DNA from: Schizochytrium sp. TIO01
Taxonomy: Eukaryota; Protista; Bigyra: Labyrinthulomycetes
Direction: 5' to 3'
DNA length: 64,000 bases
Assembly: GCA_004764695.1 (NCBI GenBank)
Contig: SMSO01000035.1
Coordinates: 1,240,001 to 1,304,000, forward strand
The translations under genes were made by a program, and so were the position numbers. The notes beneath the pieces were generated by a model. That model ran no database searches. It worked only from the letters and a program-made list of their open reading frames with translations, and was not told where the DNA came from. Shown one piece after another: positions 54,481 through 64,000 of this stretch; position 1 is the stretch's first letter, and every line of letters starts with the position of its first letter.

Positions 54481-57306
54481 ATTGGGACTCACTTGGCCTA
54501 TCACAAAATGAAGATTAATGTCCTCAATAGTATTAAAAATACTGCCCTAATTTGATCATCTGGTAATTTTTTGCCTGTTGTATTTCATCAACGTCGTCGC
54601 GCTCCATTTATGTTCAGAAAAATGGTTAGCTCTCAACTCGAATTAACCTTTTCATCATTATATTATTCGTATCAATCTTCTCTCTCCATATTTTCAGCTG
54701 GCTCAAACAAAAGTTTATCATGCGAACAATTATCTCATCACGTTTATCCTATACCCCGCAAGAGTGTGCTTGCATTCATCTAAACGCATATCTGTCCTGA
54801 GCTCTCTCTCAAGAATTCCAGAGTTTTAAATTGTATTTAACGTGGATAATGTAATTTATTACAAACTTCCTCAGTACGAGATCATCTGCGGGATGGTTGC
54901 TCACACACAGCCTCAACAATATTTGCAACAGCACTGAGTTCCTGGCCAGGAATCCCACGACTACGAACACTACCGATTCTGAGAGATAAATCTGGATTTC
55001 GAGCCAGCGCTGTCTCTTTAGACCTAATGTCGCTCCATATAGTGTCAACGCTTCCAGTTGAGAAATAGTGCAGTAATGCATCTTGGACCCCATAGTGATC
55101 AGAAGCACCTACGACAATGAAACGTTCTCGCACCACGCTGGAGGCCCCTCGTGGAGACAATTAAGCTCGCGTCAACTCCGCCCTCCAGCTTTGCGTTGCT
55201 TGTCTAGTGTTGTTCGTTTAGCCTGAATTGGCGTGTGCTCCACAGGATTCAGCGTATCCTCGTTCTCGACAAGGGTGTCATGAGCTTTTCTTCTTCATCT
55301 CTATGCCCTCGAACTTGTTTGCAACGAGCAATATCTGCCCCAAACGGCATCTAGATAATCAGGCAAATTCATCGCAGGTGACCAGCTCTATCTGCTCCGC
55401 CAGCCGAGACCCTGCGGCTCGCAAGTGGCGTGCTGCGTAAGGCCCGCTTTGATCCTTAGCGTATGTTTGAAGGGAGACAAGAATTCCGCGACATGAGTCC
55501 GAGCAGCGTTTCTGCAATTCTCTCCAGCTCCGAGACCCCACTCGATAGCCCACTCACTTCGATGCACAAGTTGAACGAGCCACGCCAGCGCCACTCGCGA
55601 GGTCAAGGCTGAGTGGTCTCGGGCATTTATCCGCCGTGAACATAGTTTGTCGCTGCTAGCCAAAAGGGTGGACGATTCAGGTCATATCATACCCGGTGGA
55701 CGATTGTGGTGTGTTTCCACAACGCCAACAACCAACAGCAGCGCCAAGATTCGCAGCGCAGGGCTTAGTGCCCGGCGAGCGGCTCCGGACCTCCTCCGGG
55801 GCCGTGCCTGCCTCGGAGCCTCGCATCCGTAGCTGTCGAATGGGAGGCATTCCACGCCACTCGTGGATCTCGCAGCGGAGCGGCTCCTCTGAAGATGGAG
55901 GCAGTAGAGTCTGATTTGGGTTCTCACTTGTGAAAACGCGGCTGTCTATAATCTATCTGTAAATGAGCGAGCCTCAGCTCAGGACAGGTATGTATGTATG
56001 CACCAATGGGGTCGAAACAAGCGGCAGGTGGCCAGGAGTCCTGGTGTAGCGGAGACCGTCTCGACGAAGCTCCTCCGCTCCTGCGAGCCCGGCCCCAAGT
56101 CCGTCTCCGAGCAAAGTCTTGCTCGCTTGGCAGTCCGTACAGAGAGCGTTGTTAGTGTTTTTGTCTCGTTCCGCCGCCTTGTGCCCCGAATTTATTTCTT
56201 TTCACTACTAAGTAAAGTACCTTTGGAAAAAGTAATAGAATTCCAAGATCGAAGAGGCCATGCTCGTGGCTTTCGATGCGCCGACAGTGACTCACTCGAC
56301 AACGTGGGCTGGCCACGCTGGTTCGACGATGAAGACTTCGCCTTCACACGGAGCCTTTGTCGGTTTTAACGTCACGAATTTAGAAGTGGTTTGTTTCGTC
56401 GTCGCGACGGATGAAAGTCTTTGCTTTGCTTTGATTTCCTCGAAGCTTTTTTCATTCACAAGAATGAATGAATCGCAAAGAAAATAGTGCTATTACGTAC
56501 TAACTACTTCTACTACTTAAAAAAAACACTTATTGCTTTAAAAAAATATTGTTTTTACTTTGTTTTCCCCCTTTTTTTTTTTAAATTAAATTATTTTATT
56601 AAAAAAAATAAAAATAAAAAAGAATAATAAATAAATAAATAAAAATAATCATCATCATGATGAAAAAACATGAAACAGCAAAAGATGCTCATCAGAATCC
56701 TGAACACAACAACGGAGCCACTTGAGAGAGCCTCTTCGGGGGCCTAGAGCCTCCCCTCTTGAGTACGAGGTCTGAAGGTATCGATAAAAACTAGCCTCCG
56801 CCAGGCCCCTTGGCTCGAGCCTGGTGTGGCTTTTCGCAGTGCAATTTCATGGAATATTGAATCGAGCAAACAAACAGCACTTCCCCGTCGAGCGCATCAG
56901 CCCCCTATTATTTGTACCTTCCCATAGAGAGAACTTTGTGCGCAAAAATTGTCCCGGGCGCCGTAGGTATTTATGTACGTATGTCTACGAATATCTTCTT
57001 TCTTTTTCTTTTTCTTTTTCTTTTTCTTTTTCTTTTCTTTCAGTTCACATGATAGCAGTCTATAGGGTTTTGCATAGGAGCTTCAAGAATAGAATGAGTA
57101 AACTTTCAATTTGAAAGGAGAACAGGGGAAAACTTGAGAAGTTGGAGACTTCAACTCAGATTTAGGCACGCCATAACTGCAACGTCTTTCCGCCGAAGCC
57201 GAAGCCACGACCTGTGACAGGACTTGATTGAACGCTGCACCCATCGCTCCTCCCCCTTCCTCTTCAAACTTAGACCTAAACCCTTGAGACTTCAACTCAT
57301 CTCCCG

Positions 57307-59760
57307 ATGGACCCGTCGGAGAGCGGTTCTGGCGCAGAGCCCGACGTGGCCAAGTCGTTGTCGTCTTCTCCTTCGCGTGGGTCTGACTTGGAGCTCAATG
57401 CTGCCGCCCTTGGAGGGTCACCCTCTAGCCTCAGCGGGAGCCCCCGCATGCTCGCTGGGGTGCCGCCGCCTGTGATGGCACTTGATGCCGAGCAAGAGGC
57501 TATGCAAGTGCGGCAGAGCGCTTTGGAGCGCGAGAAAGTACAGCTCTTCAACCATATTCGACGAAAACAAAGCCTCGGAAGGTCTCCCAGCCCGCGCAGA
57601 CGAAAGTCATCGGTGAGCAACAGCGTGGTCTCTGGGAGTAGCGCGCGTGCAGAATCTGTAAGCAGTCGCACACGTGACAACAGTAAAGATTTCGAGGTGA
57701 TCTTGGATTCTGATGGCGAGGAAGACGAGGATGAAGAAGATCTTGGTGAAGAAGATCTTGCAGAAATCTTTGTACCAGACATCCCTGTGCATAGAGATGA
57801 GGAAGCTGATGAAGAGGTCATGGATGGTTTTCAACGTGTGTCGATTGATGATTCGGATGCACCGGTGTCAAAGGAAGTCAAGGAGGTATGCAGTCGCATT
57901 CTAGAGGCAACAGAGCTGAGGAAAAAGTACCAGCAGCTGTACAATCCGGAGCAACCTTACTGGGGGAGCCTTGACAAAAATAAGTTCGAGGAGGCTTACG
58001 CCAAGGAAACGGAACAACAGCTTAAGGGATCGGCAGCATTCCGCAGACGCCTTGACCCGCCATACCGTCCATTTCCAGACTCGGAAGAGGAGAGCCTCTG
58101 GACCCATCGTGATCACAAGCTTGGACCTTCAGAATTCCAGATTGGTTTTGTTGACGGTGTTGTACAGGTCAAGATCGGTGAGGGTGCTAAGGGTATCATG
58201 GGTAACGATACCGAACTCCCCAAACCGCCAACTATGGAAGAGTTCTACAACGACCTCTTCACACTTGTTGGCACTGTGCATGATGCTGCCTGCAAATCAT
58301 TTTGCTACCAGCGGCTCGAACTCCTTGAGAAACTCTTCTCACTGCATAGATTGTTGAACGCCGAACGCGAGAATGAAGTGCAAAAGGCAGTTCCCCACCG
58401 TGACTTTTACAATGTGCGTAAAGTAGATACTCACATTCACCACTCTGCCATCATGAACCAGAAGCACTTATTGCGGTTTATTAAAAGCAAGCTGAAGAAG
58501 TGTCCTAATGAAGTAGTTATCAAGCGCGACGGCAAGTTCCTAACTCTTTCGGAGGTATTCCGTTCGCTCAAGCTCACAGCCTATGACTTGAGCATTGACA
58601 CGCTTGACATGCACGCCAACGATACCTTCCACCGCTTTGACCGTTTCAACCTGAAGTACAATCCAGTTGGCGAATCCCGATTGCGCGAAATTTTTCTCAA
58701 GACGGATAACTTTCTGGCTGGTCGCTATCTCGCAGAAATCACCAAGGAGGTCTTTTCTGATGCCGAGTCAAACAAATACGTCATGATGGAGCCTCGTGTA
58801 TCTGTGTACGGTCGCAACCTTGAAGAATGGGCCAAGCTTGGATCATGGTATGCGAGTAACAAACTTGCATCACCGAACATCCGTTGGATGATTCAGATTC
58901 CTCGTTTGTACGCCGTTTATAAGTCTATGGGTCTGGTGAACAACTTCCAGGACATGTTGACCAACATTTTTGAGCCTCTTTTCACTGTGACTCTCGATCC
59001 AGCGTCCAACCCGGAGCTTGACAACTTTCTCAATGTCATCACGGGATTTGACTGTGTCGATGATGAGAGTAAGTTGGAGCGCAGCACTAGTGCCCTTCCT
59101 ATTCCGTCTGAATGGGACCTTCCAGAAAATCCGCCTTACTCTTACTGGATTTACTACATTTATGCCAATTTGTACACACTAAATGCTTTGCGTCGCAGGC
59201 TTGGGCTGTCGGAGTTCCTCTTTCGCCCCCATGCAGGTGAAGCTGGTGACTTCAATAACTTGGCTGCAACCTTCTTATGCGCAAATGGCATCAACCATGG
59301 TATTCTGCTGCGCAAGGCGCCCACTCTTCAGTACCTTTACTACCTGACCCAGATCGGCCTCGCTTTGTCCCCAACCTCAAACTGCAAGCTCTTTTTGGAT
59401 TATCAATCGAACCCATTTCCTGCATTCTTTGCGCGTGGTCTCAATGTCAGTTTATCCACCGATGATCCGCTGCTTCTCCATTTATCTAAGGATCCACTGG
59501 TTGAGGAATATAGTATTGCATCCCAAATTTGGCGCCTTTCCTCTACTGATATGTGTGAAATCGCTCGTAATTCAGTCTTGCAGTCTGGTTATGAACATCC
59601 TTACAAGCGACACTTCCTTGGCGAGGAGTATCTGCAGCTAAACTCAAAAACGTGTGGCAACAACATCACTCATACCAACGTGCCGAATGTGCGCGTCATT
59701 TATCGTCGCGAGCGTCTCGAGGCCGAGTGGGAATTCGTTCGTTACCGTGCGAATGCTTAA
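57307..59760 (+). CDS. AMPD: AMP deaminase (817 aa)
   Basis: HRDFYNVRKVDTHIHHS, TFHRFDRFNLKYNP, GFDCVDDESK, FRPHAGEAG and SLSTDDPL signatures. Confidence 0.97.
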   Translation: MDPSESGSGAEPDVAKSLSSSPSRGSDLELNAAALGGSPSSLSGSPRMLAGVPPPVMALDAEQEAMQVRQSALEREKVQLFNHIRRKQSLGRSPSPRRRKSSVSNSVVSGSSARAESVSSRTRDNSKDFEVILDSDGEEDEDEEDLGEEDLAEIFVPDIPVHRDEEADEEVMDGFQRVSIDDSDAPVSKEVKEVCSRILEATELRKKYQQLYNPEQPYWGSLDKNKFEEAYAKETEQQLKGSAAFRRRLDPPYRPFPDSEEESLWTHRDHKLGPSEFQIGFVDGVVQVKIGEGAKGIMGNDTELPKPPTMEEFYNDLFTLVGTVHDAACKSFCYQRLELLEKLFSLHRLLNAERENEVQKAVPHRDFYNVRKVDTHIHHSAIMNQKHLLRFIKSKLKKCPNEVVIKRDGKFLTLSEVFRSLKLTAYDLSIDTLDMHANDTFHRFDRFNLKYNPVGESRLREIFLKTDNFLAGRYLAEITKEVFSDAESNKYVMMEPRVSVYGRNLEEWAKLGSWYASNKLASPNIRWMIQIPRLYAVYKSMGLVNNFQDMLTNIFEPLFTVTLDPASNPELDNFLNVITGFDCVDDESKLERSTSALPIPSEWDLPENPPYSYWIYYIYANLYTLNALRRRLGLSEFLFRPHAGEAGDFNNLAATFLCANGINHGILLRKAPTLQYLYYLTQIGLALSPTSNCKLFLDYQSNPFPAFFARGLNVSLSTDDPLLLHLSKDPLVEEYSIASQIWRLSSTDMCEIARNSVLQSGYEHPYKRHFLGEEYLQLNSKTCGNNITHTNVPNVRVIYRRERLEAEWEFVRYRANA

Positions 59761-60252
59761 ATTAGTCTTTGACATTTCGTCAGTCAATTTGTGCTACACA
59801 TGATTCTGTATATCCTCCTAAAGGACAACCAGATGCATTAAGGTCACTACAATAATATTTTAAAGTTTTTTAACCCACTACAAGCTACACATTGCTCAAC
59901 ACGTTCTTTCTTTGTGATGTTAGATTGCAGTGATATGAATAAAGTGTGTGAGTACTTTCTTTGTATAGGCCAATATTTAATTCTTTATGAGTTTATATCT
60001 TGAAAATACTATGTCATTTCGTCATGTTTGAGTCTCGATTATTGCTTGACTGAGGATTTTCAGCTTCAACTAGCCTAGCTCTCTATTCTTCACTCTCTAA
60101 TATTTAAAGGAAAATAAGCTTGCAGGTCAATGAAGCTTAACACAGTTGTTTAAGAGCATGCTCATGGCTTAGGCCGTACTGCAGCTTTAGTCATGATAGA
60201 GAGATTTGGTGGTGGAGCAGATGGATTAACTGAGGGACGCAAGCCCATAAGA

Positions 60253-60861
60253 TTACAAATAGCCCTTTAGATCATATCTTTGCACGGCTTTGACTAACAA
60301 AGCATCCTTCGGGTTAGGATGAGGTTTTTGTATTTCCTTCATTGCGTCAGCAATTACAGGCCCCATTTCTGAAGCATCGTAGTTAATATCATAGACAGAT
60401 TTAAGCCCTTGACAAGTCTGCTTAGCTAGAAGAGTTACGCGTTTGACCGCATGTTCTCGTTTTGCTTTTTCATCTTCAACTTGTTGCAGTCTTTCAGCGC
60501 GCTCACGCCAAGGAGCCCCGCGCCGTCTTTCTGCTAACCACACTTCAGCAGCGCCAGGGTTAGCTTTGATAACTCTTCGTTCTCGTTGAATGGGCATCGA
60601 AGCCTCGGCTGCTGCAACGACCCAGTCTTGTGGTACGTTCGTCAAAGACATTGAGTTATGCATCACTGGTGATGTTGACCTAAATCCTGGTTCAGTTCGC
60701 GAGTCATGCTGGTGCTGCTGGTGTTGCTGAAGCTGTTGTTGTTGCTGGGGAGATAGGGCAGCATAAAAGTTATTCCATGGTTGAGGTCCAGGTCCTGAGG
60801 AGGTGCCGTCGGCAAAAACCTCATTTCGGATTGAGAACGGGTCACGCTTCCGCCGTGACAT
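60253..60861 (-). CDS. Hypothetical protein, about 202 aa, Gln-rich N-terminal half and helical C-terminal half
   Basis: Open frame from ATG 60861 with protein-like composition, flanked by AT-rich intergenic DNA; no recognised family. Confidence 0.6.
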   Translation of the reverse strand: MSRRKRDPFSIRNEVFADGTSSGPGPQPWNNFYAALSPQQQQQLQQHQQHQHDSRTEPGFRSTSPVMHNSMSLTNVPQDWVVAAAEASMPIQRERRVIKANPGAAEVWLAERRRGAPWRERAERLQQVEDEKAKREHAVKRVTLLAKQTCQGLKSVYDINYDASEMGPVIADAMKEIQKPHPNPKDALLVKAVQRYDLKGYL

Positions 60862-63260
60862 CTCTGACCAAAGAGATATCAGCTGCTCTACTTTACAGCT
60901 AATGCGACTCTTCAAGGTTGCGAGTAAGAGCAAGGGTTTTCAGTCGAGCTCCCCAGGTACATTCTGAAAAATGCTAAGCTCAGCTCACAAGCAGATGATG
61001 AGTTTACTTTGCTTTGATTTAATTGATCCGTTAAGCTACACCGTGCACGATAATGGTCTATTGTTCAAGAGTATTAGATATGATATAGCCTAGATATATA
61101 TCCTAGATGTATATACTATTTTGCTTTTATTTTTTAAAAATATATTTTAAAAAAACGATCATGAATCATATGTAAAGTGCTTGCAGTACGGATTATTTTG
61201 AAAACCCTTCTTATTAGGTATCCTCTTGAAATTGTTTCACATGGTGAATTAGAAATTGCATATTCTATCTCAAAGCCTAGATGTGTATTTTCGCAATCCG
61301 ATTAACTTTACTCAACTGTATTTGGCCTCAAAAGGAGCTAGATTGAACTTATAGTACTCATTGCAGAACTATAAATTTGACCAATTTCAGATACAAAAGC
61401 TTAATTCTTAACGTGTCCCTTATACCCGATTTGAAAGCTTCTTGGGTGCCATATTTCCACATTATTTTGCTGGCTAGCAGACATACTCATTATAGTCATT
61501 AGAAGCCATGGGTCCAAGGCTGTGAGCTACCTCTGTCCTTCCCAATGTATGTATCGGGAGATAGAAAATTCCAAGGTACGTGTACAGGAAGCTATATATA
61601 AAAGACGATTGGAAAGCCGTGTTCCTCTTTGAATGTATCGAATGAAAGTATAAGGAAGATATATTAGTCTGGATTGACCTTACACCTATATACTCTGGCG
61701 ATACTCTGGCTATACTATAGAAAACACGCATTCGTAATATTAGCAATCTTCGTGTTGATGAAAATGAAAGCTTTATGATAGGAAATCATGATGTCACGAT
61801 TTATTTACAAAACAACTAAAAAATTGCAGGTAATGGCAAAAGTGCAATTGCGATGTAAACGCAATTACGACAGATTCTATTTTTAAAATAACAGACACAT
61901 TGTTACTTACTCAAATTGAAGTCTAGCAAAAGCACGAAAAACTTTAGTATGGCCCCGTGTCAATTCCATAGAGAGGTTGCTAAAACTGCATGCTACTCGT
62001 TGATACTAGTTGATGACCCAAAGACATAACATAGGGTAATGTCATGTGTAATTGTTTTGACAAGTGTTTTTGCCCAAGTTAGAGGATTGGTAAGAACAGT
62101 CTGTGAGTAAACGTGACGATAATCTCCATGGAGGGCTTTGGAAATGCTTCTATCAATTTTCAGTCTAAAACTACTTTTGAAATGGCCAAGCATGTAGCCT
62201 GTATTTGTAGTTCATTTCCTCTTGGCGTACTTATGCTATCGTGCTGCATACCCAAAAGTTGATTGATTTACTATTGTACCTAATCAAGCACGCTAACTTG
62301 TGTTTCTGAGACAGCACTTTCTGCCGGAGCATTATTTGAGGGCGCACCCTCCAACTTGTGCACATTTTGTCAGTTTCAAGAGCAGCACTGCAGATACCAG
62401 CTGATGTGCCAACCAACCAAACAACGCTGCACCTAAGAACACCTCATTTAGACTTATTGCCAAGCTAAAACGCCGCACGACCAGGGCACCTCTCAAACAA
62501 ATCTATCTTGGGAGAACATGCGTTTCACTGGAGCCTTATCTACATGAATAGGCCAATATACCCCTTATATTGTTGATCTACCTAGTTCTCATGCGTCTAT
62601 GATCCTACAGTAGAAGTAGTATGTAGCGCACTTCCCTCGCCGCACATCTACAGAATAACTTATGTACAGCTAGCCAAGCGCGCGTGTTGAACACCTTTCT
62701 GCTACACTATTCAAGTGAGCACTTTGGCAATCGATGCGAGCTCCTATTTATTATTCATTGCTACTGCCTACCTACTCATAATAATACCAAACAGTTCGAT
62801 GCACAAGTCTTCGAGGTCCGCCTTTACAGCTGACTATCCTGAAATCGATTGCTCTTTTTTCATGAGTCTAGCTAGGTTTCCAAGAACTGCGAAAATAGAT
62901 TCCTTTGCAAAGTATGCACAAGTTTGGCCATGAGTACTACTACTAACTACAGCCTAGGTAAATAGACACCTTCAGGTCGACGGCGAGATCTGCCTAAGAT
63001 CTTGTTTCACTGGCAGTTCGATTGTGTATGTGTGCATGGCCATCGTCCACATTGAGCGCCATGACTTGTCTACTTAAGCATAGTACCTCCTACTACAATA
63101 AAACTCAATCGTAGGTAGGTGCTTAGATAGGTTGTAGGCACCTAGGTAGAAGGCGATTTGGCAGCTTGGGTGGTTCTAATTGTGTGTTTGCCGGAGGTAC
63201 GCAACCGCCTCAGGTTGGCTCGACTCAGCACGAGCGTTTTCGTTGTTTTTCACGTCGTAG

Positions 63261-63345
63261 GTTTATTTATTTGTTTGTTTATTTGTTTGTTTGTTTGTCT
63301 GTTTATTTGTTTATTTGTTTGTTTGTTTGTTTATTTGTTTGTTTG
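63261..63345. repeat. (TTTG/TTTA)n microsatellite
   Basis: Direct reading; it explains the FVCLF repeat ORFs. Confidence 0.9.
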
Positions 63346-64000
63346 TGCATGAGCTTTTCAAGTCTAGGAAACAAAGCACCTACGAGGTACTTACTATTTA
63401 CCTAAGCAGCAATCAGATAGTGCGTGAGTCTTTGCACCGCGATCTCAGGGTTTGTGGCCCTGTTCTCCTGGCAATCGTCAGACAATTCGACAATCTACTC
63501 TTGCCTGTGATTGATTTGCAGAATCTTGCCAGACGATTTCCACCGAAGATGTTGTGAAGCTCGCTGTGTGTTCTCCAATTCTATACCTAGGTACTAGTTG
63601 CCTCCAGGAACTCGAAGACCCTGCACAACTCTGCGAGCTTCCAAAGTTAATGGACGATTGTATTCGATACCTCCATACCTTTTCTGTAGACCCGAGCAAC
63701 CTACAACTTTCGGTGGGAAGTCACGCTGCTCCTCCCAAACCCGAGCTTCTCCAAAGACGCACGCACGGACTGGGCATTCGTATTCACATCCATGGCGAGT
63801 AGTTGCCATTCCACACGTCTCCAACGTGAAGACCGCCGCTCGCATCACTGATGCCGATCATTCATGGTGGTGCTCTGGAGTCCGTCCTCAAGTTGACATC
63901 TTTCTTCAGAATGCTTAGCAAGGGCACAAGCTGGCAGGAGTCTGCACCGCCAAGCGTGGTTCTCTTTAACGTTCTCCGAGCGAGCGTCGAATTCCTCACT

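Noticed and set aside
22085-63345. (AAAC)n at 22.1 kb and (GTTT)n at 63.3 kb as terminal inverted repeats of a giant element
   Set aside because: They are common microsatellites with unrelated flanks, and the enclosed genes are ordinary housekeeping genes.
63291-63918. Possible second LRR relic near the window end (LYLGTSCLQELEDPAQLCELPKL)
   Set aside because: Only one weak repeat-like fragment, lacking the conserved Asn, and truncated by the window edge; insufficient to call.

Overview
Eukaryotic nuclear DNA from an intron-poor, microsatellite-rich protist. The long single-exon genes, short GT-AG introns, ciliary genes (BART/CFAP36-like, FAM227) and plant-type TPK channel suggest a flagellated stramenopile such as a thraustochytrid; this is an inference, not confirmed. 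The window opens with five identical minus-strand tRNA-Ala(UGC) genes. About 17 protein-coding genes follow: a signal-peptide-bearing aldo-keto reductase, myosin, AIG2/GGCT-like protein, BART-domain protein, two-pore K+ channel with EF-hands, kinesin-7-like motor, DUF4504-like protein, TBC RabGAP, FAM227, MO25, a metallo-beta-lactamase/cNMP-domain phosphodiesterase, a CoA-binding-domain/O-acetylhomoserine sulfhydrylase fusion, a probable mitoribosomal bL31m, NAA60, an LRR protein, AMP deaminase and one hypothetical protein. A gene-poor stretch (about 33-40 kb) holds a frameshifted Crinkler-like restriction-endonuclease plus kinase locus. The most notable observations are: (i) the apparently mitochondrion-targeted fusion of an alphaproteobacterial-type CoA-binding protein to MetY; (ii) the decayed REase-kinase effector-like locus with a duplicated upstream block; (iii) a predicted secretory AKR with a CGPC motif in its cofactor loop; (iv) a conserved 13-bp motif in the otherwise diverged tRNA spacers. 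All family assignments come from motif recognition by eye; no database searches were run.
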